Shown here one piece after another: positions 1 through 11,027 of a DNA stretch of 64,000 bases. Origin of the DNA: Naegleria gruberi. Its lineage: Eukaryota. Made by a program: the position numbers and the translations under genes. The notes under the pieces are model-generated. The model did not search any database and was not told where the DNA came from. It worked only from the letters and a program-made list of their open reading frames with translations. The stretch lies in the NCBI GenBank assembly GCA_000004985.1, contig GG738909.1, one strand, 5' to 3'. Numbering within the stretch: position 1 is the stretch's first letter; every line of letters begins with the position of its first letter.

Positions 1-669
1 ATGTTGAGAGTTTTGAAACAACAAGTAACTTATAGAAAACAGAAAAGGCTTAAGGAAATTATTTTCAATAGTGGTAAGGATAGATTGGAGATTTTGAAGA
101 TTTGTCAAAAGTATGCTGGACAGAGTAATATTTTGGCTGGATTTGTGGTTTTGAATTTTGTACGCTTGTCGAATGTGCAATCTTTGGAAAAATTGGATAT
201 TGATTCATTTGAATTCATGTATGATATTGATCCATTCTTTTATATGAAGTGCAGAGCAGAATATCCTATAGGCTTGTTATTCATTTGTTGTTTTAAATCA
301 AACCAAGTCAAGAATGTTAAAACCAAGAGTTTTACACAAACTAAATGGAAACAAGTTCAGGAAAAAATCTCCTCTGCCACTCTCCAAACCATTTCACGAT
401 TCCTGAGAGAGTTCTACAAGATATCGAAAAGTGCAGCCCTTTCTGTTTCTTTGATTCACTACTATCAAATGCCTTACAAAATATTAGATGGTCAATACCT
501 TACTGCTCATGAATACTTTCAACAAATCAATTCTGGAACTGTACCAACCGATGAAAATATCCAAAAATTCCTCCAATCTCAAATGTATCATTTCCTTACT
601 GAATACTATGAGAAATTCAAATTAATTGTATCTTCCAAAAAGACAATTTCATATTCCACAACAAACTAA
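1..669 (+). CDS. 3' part of a hypothetical protein. The CDS is 5'-truncated by the window edge, and no family was recognised.
   Basis: 222-aa ORF running from position 1 to a TAA stop at 667-669 with coding-like composition; no motif recognised by eye. Confidence 0.35.
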   Translation: MLRVLKQQVTYRKQKRLKEIIFNSGKDRLEILKICQKYAGQSNILAGFVVLNFVRLSNVQSLEKLDIDSFEFMYDIDPFFYMKCRAEYPIGLLFICCFKSNQVKNVKTKSFTQTKWKQVQEKISSATLQTISRFLREFYKISKSAALSVSLIHYYQMPYKILDGQYLTAHEYFQQINSGTVPTDENIQKFLQSQMYHFLTEYYEKFKLIVSSKKTISYSTTN

Positions 670-846
670 ACCAAATTTTTACCTTTCAACTCTTGCATTA
701 CTCAAATACTTGTAAAAATTGAACATTTGTCTTTACAGTTTGTCAAAGAACGTTTGAGTTAACACTCAATGGTTCAAAACTCCGTAAAATCATACAGGAG
801 TTCAGGTCACACTTCTCACACAACCAACTGAACACATTGTGAAAAA

Positions 847-3276
847 ATGGATCAACAACAATCTGGTGAGGATATTCACCTCCTAGCCAAGACAGTGCTG
901 AGTAGTCAGGACCGCAGTGAAAGTTTGGTCGGTATTAGTAATTCTCGAGATGTTTTGGAAAATTCACATCATCACTATAATAACGATGATGACGATACAC
1001 AACATGAAGTTGATGTTGATGATATGGTAACCTATCGACACGGAAAGCCAATTAAAAAACCACTTTTACCTAATTTTTCACAGATGAGTAAGAAGGAGGT
1101 GGCCAAATTATCGTTGAGAACTTCAAAGATTTTGATATTATCTGTTTTATTTGTGGTATTCGGAGTTGTTTATAGTGTTTTTCATAGAAATCCAGTGGAA
1201 GATACTCTTCATTTCGTTTCTATTGGAGAAGCAGAACCAAAATATATTGAATTCAGTACAAGTCAACCTCGTGATATTTTGAGTATTGAAGTTGAAGTGC
1301 CAATTGTTGGTAACGATGTAATTTATAATTTGAGAAAACAAGCCACACATAATGAGGAAAATCATGATTGGAATTTAGTTTTTCAAATTCAAAAATCAAT
1401 GTTTGACAGTGAATTTATTAACTTGTCTGATCAAAATTATACAATTGATTTCCTTCCAAATTTCCCAAGTGTGAATCATACAGAAGTGAATCAAACTGAT
1501 CATCACACAAGTAATCATACTGAACCACATGAGCCAGAACAAGAAAATGTTGATGAAGAGGAATCTGAAATTCAAGCTATCAAGGGATCTTACACATTCA
1601 GCACTGATTTATCCACTCTCAATCAAGAGGAAAAGAAAAATGTTACCTACAGATTGCTTATTACCACCTCATTCCCACAAAATTATACCAACTCATTTGC
1701 AATCAAGGTAAATTTCAAGCAACAACCTGACTATGCCAAGTATAAGGTTATTTATGCTGCATTGGTGTTGGTGTTTGTCTATATTTTGATTATTTTCGAA
1801 TTGGTTCACAGAACTGTTGCTTCCATGCTTGGTTCGTTTATAGTTTTGGCTGTTATGGCTTTTATCAATCAAAGACCAACTTTGAAGGAAATTTGTGAAT
1901 GGATGGAATATGATACTCTTACCTTGTTGTTTGGTATGATGATCATGGTTGGTATCTTTGCCAATACTGGGTTCTTTGAATGGATAGCCCTTGTGGCCTA
2001 CAAATTATCAAAGGGAAGCGTTTGGAGATTGACAGTCATTTTGTGTTTATTCACTGCTGTTGTTTCAGCTTTCCTCGACAATGTCACAACAATTTTGCTT
2101 GTAGTTCCAGTTACTTTGAGGTTGTGCAGTGTTGTAAATGTTTCTCCAATTCCAATCGTTATTAGCGAAGTAATTTTCAGTAATATTGGTGGTGTAGCAA
2201 CAGCTGTCGGTGACCCTCCAATTGTCATTATTGTAAACCATCCTGCCATTAAGGCTCTAAATATTGGATTTTTGGATATTTCTATTTATTTGGCTCCATG
2301 TGCTGTCATTATTGGTGCCTGTACTATTCTTCCAATTCGTTTATTGAACTGGAACCTTTTCAAGACAAAGCCAGATATTGATAATGAAAAGCTTCAAAGA
2401 GAAAAGGAAATTGAAATTTGGGAACAAACTTTGAGAAAGACTAGAGGAAACGGCATTGAAGAAATGAAAGTTAAAGAAAGCTTGCAACTTCACATTGTCA
2501 ACTTGAAAAGTCAGTTGGAAGAATATTTAACATCAAGAGGATCCAATGTCAATAATGGAAAGCTAGGTGCCAAGGAGATGAAGGAATTAAGTGAACAATA
2601 CTTTATTCACAATCCTCGTTTATTCATTATCTGCAGTGCCATTTTGATTATTTGCATTATTTTCTTCTTCTTGGAAAGTTTTATTCACCATTATGTTCAA
2701 ACTAGCTTGGCTGAGGTTGCCATTATTGGAGCTATTACAATGTTATTGCTTTCTGGAATAGACGATCTTGAAGAAGTAATTGAAAAGGTCGAATGGACAA
2801 CTTTACTATTCTTTGGATCACTCTTCATTCTCATGGAAGGATTAACTAAACTTGGATTGATTGATTTTATTGGCACTTGGACTTCATATGTTATCTCACT
2901 TGTACCTGCTGGAGATTTGAGATTATTTGTTGCCATTACTGTGCTTGTATGGGTTTCAGGAATAGTTTCTGCCTTTATCGATAACTTACCATACGCCTCA
3001 GCAATGATTCCAATTGTTTTGAAATTAGCTGAAGAACCAACCAATTTACCTGTTAGACCAATCTTGTGGGCTCTTGCCTTAGGTACATGCTTAGGCGGTA
3101 ATGGTACCATTATTGGAGCTAGTGCCAACGTTGTTGCAGCAGGTATTTGTGAAAATAGTGGACACAAAATGGGTTTCGTTCAGTTCATGAAATACGGCTT
3201 CCCATGCATGCTTCTTTCATTATTGATTAGTAATATTTATCTTGTCATTTTGCATGTTGCCATTGGTGTGAGATAA
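847..3276 (+). CDS. OCA2 / P-protein-like permease (ArsB/NhaD-CitMHS superfamily)
   Basis: Uninterrupted 809-aa ORF from an ATG at 847 in an A-rich context. The N-terminus (about 300 aa) is hydrophilic. About 12 hydrophobic helices follow in two clusters separated by a charged loop, which is the P-protein/ArsB-type transporter architecture. The conserved loops (FLDNVTTILL, GGNGTIIGASANVV) are recalled from that family, not searched. Confidence 0.75.
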   Translation: MDQQQSGEDIHLLAKTVLSSQDRSESLVGISNSRDVLENSHHHYNNDDDDTQHEVDVDDMVTYRHGKPIKKPLLPNFSQMSKKEVAKLSLRTSKILILSVLFVVFGVVYSVFHRNPVEDTLHFVSIGEAEPKYIEFSTSQPRDILSIEVEVPIVGNDVIYNLRKQATHNEENHDWNLVFQIQKSMFDSEFINLSDQNYTIDFLPNFPSVNHTEVNQTDHHTSNHTEPHEPEQENVDEEESEIQAIKGSYTFSTDLSTLNQEEKKNVTYRLLITTSFPQNYTNSFAIKVNFKQQPDYAKYKVIYAALVLVFVYILIIFELVHRTVASMLGSFIVLAVMAFINQRPTLKEICEWMEYDTLTLLFGMMIMVGIFANTGFFEWIALVAYKLSKGSVWRLTVILCLFTAVVSAFLDNVTTILLVVPVTLRLCSVVNVSPIPIVISEVIFSNIGGVATAVGDPPIVIIVNHPAIKALNIGFLDISIYLAPCAVIIGACTILPIRLLNWNLFKTKPDIDNEKLQREKEIEIWEQTLRKTRGNGIEEMKVKESLQLHIVNLKSQLEEYLTSRGSNVNNGKLGAKEMKELSEQYFIHNPRLFIICSAILIICIIFFFLESFIHHYVQTSLAEVAIIGAITMLLLSGIDDLEEVIEKVEWTTLLFFGSLFILMEGLTKLGLIDFIGTWTSYVISLVPAGDLRLFVAITVLVWVSGIVSAFIDNLPYASAMIPIVLKLAEEPTNLPVRPILWALALGTCLGGNGTIIGASANVVAAGICENSGHKMGFVQFMKYGFPCMLLSLLISNIYLVILHVAIGVR

Positions 3277-3683
3277 AACTTCATGGAGTGATGATAACAG
3301 TTGTTATCGAAATCTTAATAAAGCATTCCTCACCTTTGGTTAATACACCCCATTCTGCATTAGAAGAATCTGGCTATGGAATATTACATGCAGTATTATT
3401 CGCCCGTGAATTCATCCAAAGTTGTATCATTTCCTTATTAATATATACAACTGCTTTTCCAACGCAAATATTCTCTTAAGATTTCTTATTGCCAATATAA
3501 ACCACGAATCAACCTTTGAACTTGGCAAAAAAAAAGGTTCATTCGCTCGCTCTCACATAAATAATAATTATCGTGCTGTCTGTTGGGAGATATAGTTATC
3601 ACAACCATCAACACAACTCGGCTTGATATTTTTTTAGTCTATCAAAGGTATCATCAATCATTGTACATTATTATGAAAAAAAG

Positions 3684-4835
3684 ATGGGAAGCGCAATCTC
3701 TCATCAACCGACAAGTAAGGAAGATAAGAAGATTAAAAAGAAGGTTAAAAAGAAGAAACAAAAGGATGTAAGTATTTTACTTTTGGAAATTTGGAAAATC
3801 ATAATTAAATAGCTTCAAAAATCATTAGAAGCCTCACTTGGAAATCTTGTTTCACCCGAGGAAATTACTCAATTTTTTAATTTATATTCATCTCCGAAAC
3901 TATTGGAGGAATGTTTCTTTGATTTTGAAACATTATATGAAAAGCTATTGGATAATAATGGAGAGGTGAGAAAACTCAAAGTTAATCTAGCTGTTATCAA
4001 TATTCAAAAGTGGTGTGAGAGTCGATTAAAAACGAGACTTGTTGCCAATGTATTACGAGTTACAGAGAGAAAGAAATTGGGATTTGGTTTGGTTCATGTT
4101 GCAATTCTGTTGGGACAATACATTATTCATTGGTTTGATGACGGATTGGTTCATCTGACTCCTATTAAATCCTCACATCCAAATCTTGCTGTTGAAGTTG
4201 GAGAGCTGGATATTGAAGAAAAAAAGGATCAGGAGAAGATTAAACAATTATGCTTTGTGATTTCAGAATATAACACCAAGATGGTGTATAATAATAGGAA
4301 TTGTAATTGTCATCATTTTGTTAGAGATTGCATCAGTGCATTGGATTTGAATTTCTCTTCAATAATGAAAGGACAACTTGGAAATTATCTAAGGAGAATA
4401 AGAAATGGAAAATTACTTACAGAAAGAGAATTCTGTAATCCTATCACTCAAGAAAGAGTGCTGTTTAATACTCACAAACAATTAGATGAATATGTGATCG
4501 ATCTGTTAACAAAACACCCATCTTTCAAAGAAGAGCATCCCTATGATTTTGAGTTATTGAAAGCGTTTGATAGAGGATTCTGGATGGGACATCTCAAAGA
4601 CAAACATGAAAAACTCAAACAAGCAGAAGGACTTCATTATACGTGGAATGAAATATTTCTTCCTCTCATCAAACAAGAAGAGAAAGAGGAAATTGAAAAA
4701 CTTCCTGATGTTGAGGAAACTGCTGAAACTGAAACAATTGTATGCTCTTCTTTTGTGCATTCCATAATTTTTCATGAAAATTATGTCTGTCCATTTGGAG
4801 ATCCACATACTGTTGGATGCTTTTTAGATGTCTAA
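3684..4835 (+). CDS. N-myristoylated PPPDE/DeSI-like putative cysteine peptidase with a C-terminal CPFGDP module (paralogue P1). Exons: 3684..3767 and 3813..4835.
   Basis: The first exon starts at an ATG (MGSAISHQPTSKEDKKIKKK..., an MGxxxS myristoylation consensus) and ends at a GTAAGT donor at 3768. A 45-bp intron ends in TAG at 3812. The second exon is in frame with track ORF 3903..4835. It carries the motifs HVAILLGQYIIHWFDDG and NNRNCNCHHF, in the His...NCNHF arrangement typical of PPPDE/DeSI papain-like peptidases. Total length 1107 nt (368 aa). Confidence 0.65.
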
Positions 4836-4951
4836 GATATTGTAAATATTGGCATTTATTTATTCACTTTAGTAACTCGAGTTGTAAACCATTTTTCCAA
4901 ATTAGTCACTTTCAATAAATTAACATTATTGAACACAATTTATCAAAAAAA

Positions 4952-6784
4952 ATGCGCAAACTCATCAGACAAACACTTCAATCATCAACTACCACTGGTA
5001 ATTTGTTAGCCAAGACAAGTTGTTCATTACGTTCAACAAGATTAGTACTTCCATTCGGAATGACATCAAATAATAGTGCAAGTGGAAGTTTATTCAATCA
5101 TTTTGGTTCAACTTGTTGTGGAAATTTGATTAGGTCAAATTATCACACCAATAGAATTTCTCTAAAGAATCTACAACAAGAATGTACTGAAAAATTGGAA
5201 AGTCTTGAAGAAAAGGTTTCACAATTGGTAGTTGCTTCTTTGGCTAACAATTCTGATGATTTGTTGATAAAACAAAAGAAACAAATTGGAAATGAAGTTT
5301 ATTTACTTCTCGGGAAGATAAATCAAGTTGCACAATCAGGAGAAAATTCTGCTCAATTTTATTTGAATTATATTAGAGCTGTTAGATTGTGTGTCAAATG
5401 TTCATTGAAAGGTTTTATTAATCTTGAAACAACTGATGACTTTTTGGCATTCTTGATTAGGGAAAGAGAAAGATTGACTGAAATCAAAGATCCTTCACCA
5501 GCAGTTCCTCACTTTGTTGTTGAATTTATTAAGAGAGAAATTACAGAACAAGATGTAATTGTTGAGAATGAAGATTGGCTCTTTGATTACACGTTCAATG
5601 CATTCAAAACAAACCCAGTTCTTATTGCATATGCTTCAAATATCAATTTGTGTCAATTCCTTCAACAATACTTGTCTGAATATGTTTCATTAAATATGAA
5701 CATGATTGGAAATACTGAATTGGAATATGAAGATCAAGTTATTGTTGAAAAGGAATTTTTCGAATCTGTATTCTATTGGGCTTATTATGTTGCCAATGTG
5801 AACTCATTTGTTGTGGAAGAAAACTCATTAAATCACATGAAGAAGATTTGTGAACAATACGATGCATGGAAAGGAATCAATAAGGATGTAACAATAACTG
5901 ATTTGGAAACTGGACTCGAACTCAAGCTCGACTCTTGTATGGAAGTTGTCAGAGGATCTATTTATGTCTGTGAAGGAAACTTGAGAGAAGCTGAAAAGTC
6001 ACTTAATAGAGCAATTGAAATTGATCCAAACAATGTTCATGCAAGTGGACTCTTATTGAGGGAATGTACTTTGAATTTATATCCAGAAAAGTTGGAAAGT
6101 CTCCAAGAAATTAACAATACCATCACAAGATTTAATCGTGTCCTTGATACTATGAGAAATAAGGAAATAGGAGGAGAGTTGCCTACTTCTGAAATTCCTC
6201 TATTCTCAGCTGATACCAATGTAAAAGCCAGTATTTTATTACATGCTGCTTCACTTGTCAATAAGGAAAGCAAATCTTATGGAGAACTCATCAAGAAATC
6301 AAAGGAATTTTATGACTTATCAGACAAGTTCATCAAACTTCCTTACAATATTTTGAATCTTTTTAATAGAGCTAGATTATATTACAGTTTGGAAGATTAC
6401 ACCAATGCAGTTGCCACAGTTGAGCAATTGTTGTCAATCAAATTTAAATTAACCGAAGACCAAATTAGAGATAGCGTAATCATCATGAATTTATCTCTTA
6501 TTAATTCTTCCCAAGCCAAGGAAGCAATCACAAAGATTGAACCATATGTCAGAGGAATGGCCTATGATTTGGAATTGAGATACTCATGGTTATTTGCCCA
6601 TGAAGCTCTCATCGAACAATCAAAAGATCAAACAGTTGCATTACACAAGTGTATCGAAGAATATCAAAAATTATTGACACCTCTTCAAAAATCTCACAAG
6701 GAAAATGGAAATAAGAATTTGATACCTCACATTTCACATCTTGAGAAGAAGATTGAACAAATTCAAGCCAAGTATTCAAAATAA
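4952..6784 (+). CDS. Hypothetical 610-aa protein, possibly with TPR-like helical repeats
   Basis: Continuous ORF from an ATG at 4952 with an A-rich upstream context; no diagnostic motif recognised. Confidence 0.45.
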   Translation: MRKLIRQTLQSSTTTGNLLAKTSCSLRSTRLVLPFGMTSNNSASGSLFNHFGSTCCGNLIRSNYHTNRISLKNLQQECTEKLESLEEKVSQLVVASLANNSDDLLIKQKKQIGNEVYLLLGKINQVAQSGENSAQFYLNYIRAVRLCVKCSLKGFINLETTDDFLAFLIRERERLTEIKDPSPAVPHFVVEFIKREITEQDVIVENEDWLFDYTFNAFKTNPVLIAYASNINLCQFLQQYLSEYVSLNMNMIGNTELEYEDQVIVEKEFFESVFYWAYYVANVNSFVVEENSLNHMKKICEQYDAWKGINKDVTITDLETGLELKLDSCMEVVRGSIYVCEGNLREAEKSLNRAIEIDPNNVHASGLLLRECTLNLYPEKLESLQEINNTITRFNRVLDTMRNKEIGGELPTSEIPLFSADTNVKASILLHAASLVNKESKSYGELIKKSKEFYDLSDKFIKLPYNILNLFNRARLYYSLEDYTNAVATVEQLLSIKFKLTEDQIRDSVIIMNLSLINSSQAKEAITKIEPYVRGMAYDLELRYSWLFAHEALIEQSKDQTVALHKCIEEYQKLLTPLQKSHKENGNKNLIPHISHLEKKIEQIQAKYSK

Positions 6785-6829
6785 ACAGTACTGAGAATTC
6801 AACCAATCACAACAGTCCTTTACAATAAT

Positions 6830-8192
6830 TTATTCATCATCTTCGTCTTCTACATCAGAACTGGTGTCTTCATATCCACAAACGGTTTCATATTGTTCAT
6901 ATTCAAGAATTAAATCTTCGAAATTCCACTCAGCCTCATCCATTTCCATTTCGTCCATTCCTTCATTAAGGAAGTGTGAAAGATATGCCTTTCTTTTTAA
7001 TTGGTTTTTAAATGTGTCTCTAATTCTTTTGAAAGCCTGAGTTATGAAAGTAGCATTTGAAATCATTGAAGCAGAGCTGTTGAATTTACAGACAGGTGAA
7101 ATTGTTTCACATAAGGATGTATGAATACTGCTATGTATCCATTTGGAGAATTGAGATTCATTCTGTATTTTGATTTTTCCAGCACATTCTTCTATCATTG
7201 AAATATTCGAAATGGTACCTCTATAACAAATATTGCTAGTCAAGTATTTACCTTGTTGTGAATTGAGAGTAAGGAGATTATTTGATGAATCAAACAGATT
7301 TCTGGTTAAGGTTTCCAGAGTCGACTTGATTCCATTTTTCACATTCACTTCCATTTGTGATCTAGATATTGAGAAAAAGTGAAGCCTAGGATACGTAACC
7401 AGATTTGTTGCCAATTTTCTGTATGAAGAATTAAGACTCTGAGAAAATCTAAAAGGACTCGTGTACTCACACACCGATTGTGCTATTAAATCATTCAAAT
7501 TCTCATAGCCACAACTCTCCAGTTTAACTTCCTTCCTACAATACTGTTCCAAAGCCTGATTATCAAATAAAGTAACAAAAGTTGAAGCCAATAATGATTG
7601 AACTGAAAGTACAGAATTATAATAGGAAAGGGATCTACCTCCAAAACATTCTTCTGATGGCAAAACTGAAGTTGTGCCTATAAACTTTGATGGATAATCA
7701 TCAGAGAGGTGAGTAAGAATTTTTGAACCGAGTCCTGATCCAGATCCACCAATTATTGAATGAAAAACCTGAAATCCATCCAAGTAATCACATTGTTCAA
7801 TTCTCCTTCTTACTTGATCCATAATTTTCGGCTCAAGTAAGGATCCATCAGTGTAATATCCATTTCCAAATGAATTTCCATTCCCACAATTACCAAAGGT
7901 TGCAAACTTTGATTCCAATAACTTCTCATTAGACAGCAGTATCGAATTGATTGCCTCACTCTCCAAATCAGCTCATCACCACTCTCGGCACAAATTTACC
8001 ATCCTCTTTCTCATGAAGGAAAATATTACAATGTTCTTCAGCTATAGCTTTTAATTGATCGGATGAGGTTGCTGAATCAATCTTCTCTCCTGTAAATATA
8101 TTGAGGTGATGTTCCCTCATTAAATGTTTCCAAAATGATGACCCGATTCTATTACCACATCCTCCTATACAAATACTAACAATATCTTTCAT
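6830..8192 (-). CDS. Divergent tubulin-family protein whose reading frame is interrupted near 7967-7971 (possible pseudogene or sequence error)
   Basis: The N-terminal ORF (ATG at 8192..8190) reads MKDIVSICIGGCGNRIGSSFW...GKFVPRVVMS and stops at TGA 7970..7968. The next frame continues ADLESEAINS...GGSGSGLGSKILTHLSDDYP...EGMDEMEMDEAEWNFEDLILEYEQYE. This aligns collinearly with tubulin: the GGCGN P-loop region, the GGTGSG signature and the acidic C-terminal tail. Removing a single nucleotide at agc|tga restores VVM(S/A)DLESE, which matches PRA(I/V)LVDLEP. Confidence 0.7.
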
Positions 8193-8829
8193 CAATTTTT
8201 GTTGTTAAGGTAATTTTTAAATAATTTGTATCTTAACTCTTTAAGATCTCGGCGTCTGTGTAATTACTGTGTTACTACCTGTATTCCCTTGTGTTCCTCT
8301 ATCCAACCAATCACCTAATATTCGAATTTAAAGGTGTTGCATTAGGAAAGAACGTTCGTAATTATTGTGCTCGGCATGGAAGAATACAGGAAAGAACCTA
8401 GTTACAATTGCATTAGTTTTGTACATATTTTCTGAACTGTTTCTTCAGTACAATCACCATCGCGTAGAGTTATTTAGAAAAATCAAATCCTTATTAGAAT
8501 CTAGATTACAAGCAGCTTGTAATTCTTCATTAAAATGTAATTTCTCAGTTTCATCCATCAACACTAGTCCCAACTGAATAAACTTCACATTTTAATATTA
8601 GATGATATTGTAGCGTTATTGTTCCCTCACTTTACCATCACAAAGGCTTTCTCATCAAGACACCTCAATCCATCATCGCGCCTCAATTTATAAAAAAAAA
8701 GAAACAACACCTTATACATTACTACCTTGTAGATAAGAGGTTTAGTAGTAGTAGTTGATTATAAGACTATTTGAATAGTAAATTAAATAATTACCGGGTA
8801 TTTTAAAGTGATTATAAGAAGGTTGAGTG

Positions 8830-10921
8830 ATGGGAAATCTTAGTTCAAGTCGATTGACTGAGTTTGATTCTGCTCAAACTCAGCAGCCCCAACCTCCAAA
8901 TACCAATAATAGAAAGAGTGATGCGAGTAAGAAAAAAGACTTGACGCCTGATACTATTGTTCTAGGAAAGATTGAGGCTAGCAAATTAATTTCATCTAAA
9001 TTTAAGAAACAATCGGAAAAGGAAGCTTTTGCTAGACAACTGGCATTTGAAGATGAATTGAAACGAAATTTCCTCAATATGGAATTCGTACAACAATATC
9101 TAGAGCGAGAATACTATAGAAAACAACAGGATTTAAATTCATTGAATAGAGCTAGAATGTATCAGAGAGCTTCATCAATACCTGGGATAAGTGTGTCACC
9201 TCCTATTGTTCCTACCACTTCCCGAGGATCAGAAGCAGAAGCATCAGAATCAACTGGAGATGCAGATCAGGATGATGATGAGGAAGTTGAGCCAACTGTT
9301 GTAGCAAAAGCAACAAATTTGTATAGAGCTTTTAGAAAATCAATTGGAAGGTCTATTGGTTCTGAAGCTTCTTCTAGTCAAGATATATTCTCAAATCCGG
9401 CTGGACCTTATACTATAGATACTTTCTCTGCAGGCAATACCTTGACAGTTGGTGATGTCAATAATATTCTTTCCAGTGAAACTAAGCAAGAACAGGAATT
9501 AGATCCAATGCAAGATATTACATTCAAAATCAAATTGATTTTGGTGGATACTTTGAAGAGTGACACTCAAAAGAATATGAGACAATTCATTTCTCCAATT
9601 TTGGCAAAGATGGACAAGTTACCAAACCATGGTATTTTCCATTCTTCTATTAGTTTTGGACCATGGATTTTAGAATTTACAGACTGCGGTCTGTGTATTC
9701 CAAGAAAAATAACGAGTAAGATGGCTCTTCTCTCAATAGACATTAGTGAAATTAAGGGTTGGGATAACATTCAACAAGCTGTAAATAGAATTGCAAAAGT
9801 AGTCTGCAGATATAACACTCAAGTCACCTATTCTAGAAGTAGTACTAGAAGAGATTCGGTTATTTTTTCAAGTCCATCATCCCAATTAGCAATTGAAGGG
9901 CAAAGAAGATATTCTGATGCCCTATACGGATCCCCATATGGTACTCCAACAACTCCTGATTGTGTTTGTTTGAGTCCTCCAATTGGTGGTAGTGCTACTC
10001 TGACAGCTGTAGCTCAAACATTCGGTTCAGGATCTTCATCAGGTCTTGGTGCTGATTCAGGTAAATCAAATAATGGTGAAAGGTTTAGTCATTCTTTCCA
10101 TTCTCAGCACTCAGCACAAAATAAGGATCCTAAAACAAATGGAAACTGTCAAGATTTTGGTAAGTGAATTATCATTTTAGAATATTTTCTATATTTTCTA
10201 TATAGTTGATGAAATCTTGGATAATCTTGAAGCAACACCGGTATTTTCAGAATCTATGCATCAATTCCTTCGAAATTTGAGAAATAAGGGTGACAGTAAT
10301 CTTACTATTAAATTGGATGATCAATTTTTACAAAAGTTTGGTTTGGAGAATAATTCCTTTAATAATATCAAGGAAATGCTCACTCCAAAAAACCCTCTCA
10401 GCAGTGAGGTTAAATCTGTTCACTCAGTCCCAGATAATATGCTGACTACAGAAGCAGTGCAGCAGACATCAAGGAAAAGAAGTAAGAGTGAAGGTGTTCC
10501 ACGAGAAGTTGAAACTAATCCAATGGCATTCATTGAAATTCAAAATTATTGCATTACTTTCAACACCCATGAACAATTGGATTTGTTTGTAAATTTGTTG
10601 CTCACCAAAGATCCAATCTTTCCACGTACCAATCCACAAACCTATGAATTACTAAAGGCGTTTGATAGAGCTTTCTGGATTAAGTACAAATCAGCCCTCC
10701 TGTACAAACCAAATAACTTTAATCACAACCACCAACATGACCCACAACTTGAAATATTATCCTGGGCTCCTCTAAATATGCAATCCAAGACAATAGAAAT
10801 TGCAAGCAATTTAATGATTTGGAATGGAGAGAGAAAAAGAGTTCCGATAAATCAAAACCAACAATTGGGATGTCCTTTTGGTGATCCATTTTCCACAATG
10901 TCCTTCATTCACATTGAATAA
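8830..10921 (+). CDS. N-myristoylated paralogue of the PPPDE-like protein with a degenerate catalytic site (P2). Exons: 8830..10159 and 10206..10921.
   Basis: The ATG at 8830 gives MGNLSSS (MGxxxS). Exon 1 ends at G|GTAAGT (10160); the 46-bp intron ends at tatag (10205). The total of 2046 nt is in frame (681 aa). A central block, HSSISFGPWILEFTDCGLCIPRKI...YNTQVTYSRSS, aligns with the P1 block HVAILLGQYIIHWFDDGLVHLTP...YNTKMVYNNRNCNCHHF but lacks the Cys-His. The C-terminus shares THEQLD..LLTK.P...YELLKAFDRAFW and the terminal CPFGDP with P1. Confidence 0.65.
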
Positions 10922-11027
10922 TAAATCATTATCGTCATGCAAAATAATATTAAACACAAATCATTATTGCATTATTATAATTCATAAAAAAGTCTGTGCC
11001 ATTTTTTTCCTTTAAATAACTCATTTA

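Noticed and set aside
7960-7975. Programmed +1 ribosomal frameshift (Euplotes-like) at the tubulin TGA
   Set aside because: TAA, TAG and TGA are used as ordinary stops throughout the window, and the other frame break (GATA) goes in the opposite direction at a T-run. Indel, error or pseudogene is more parsimonious.
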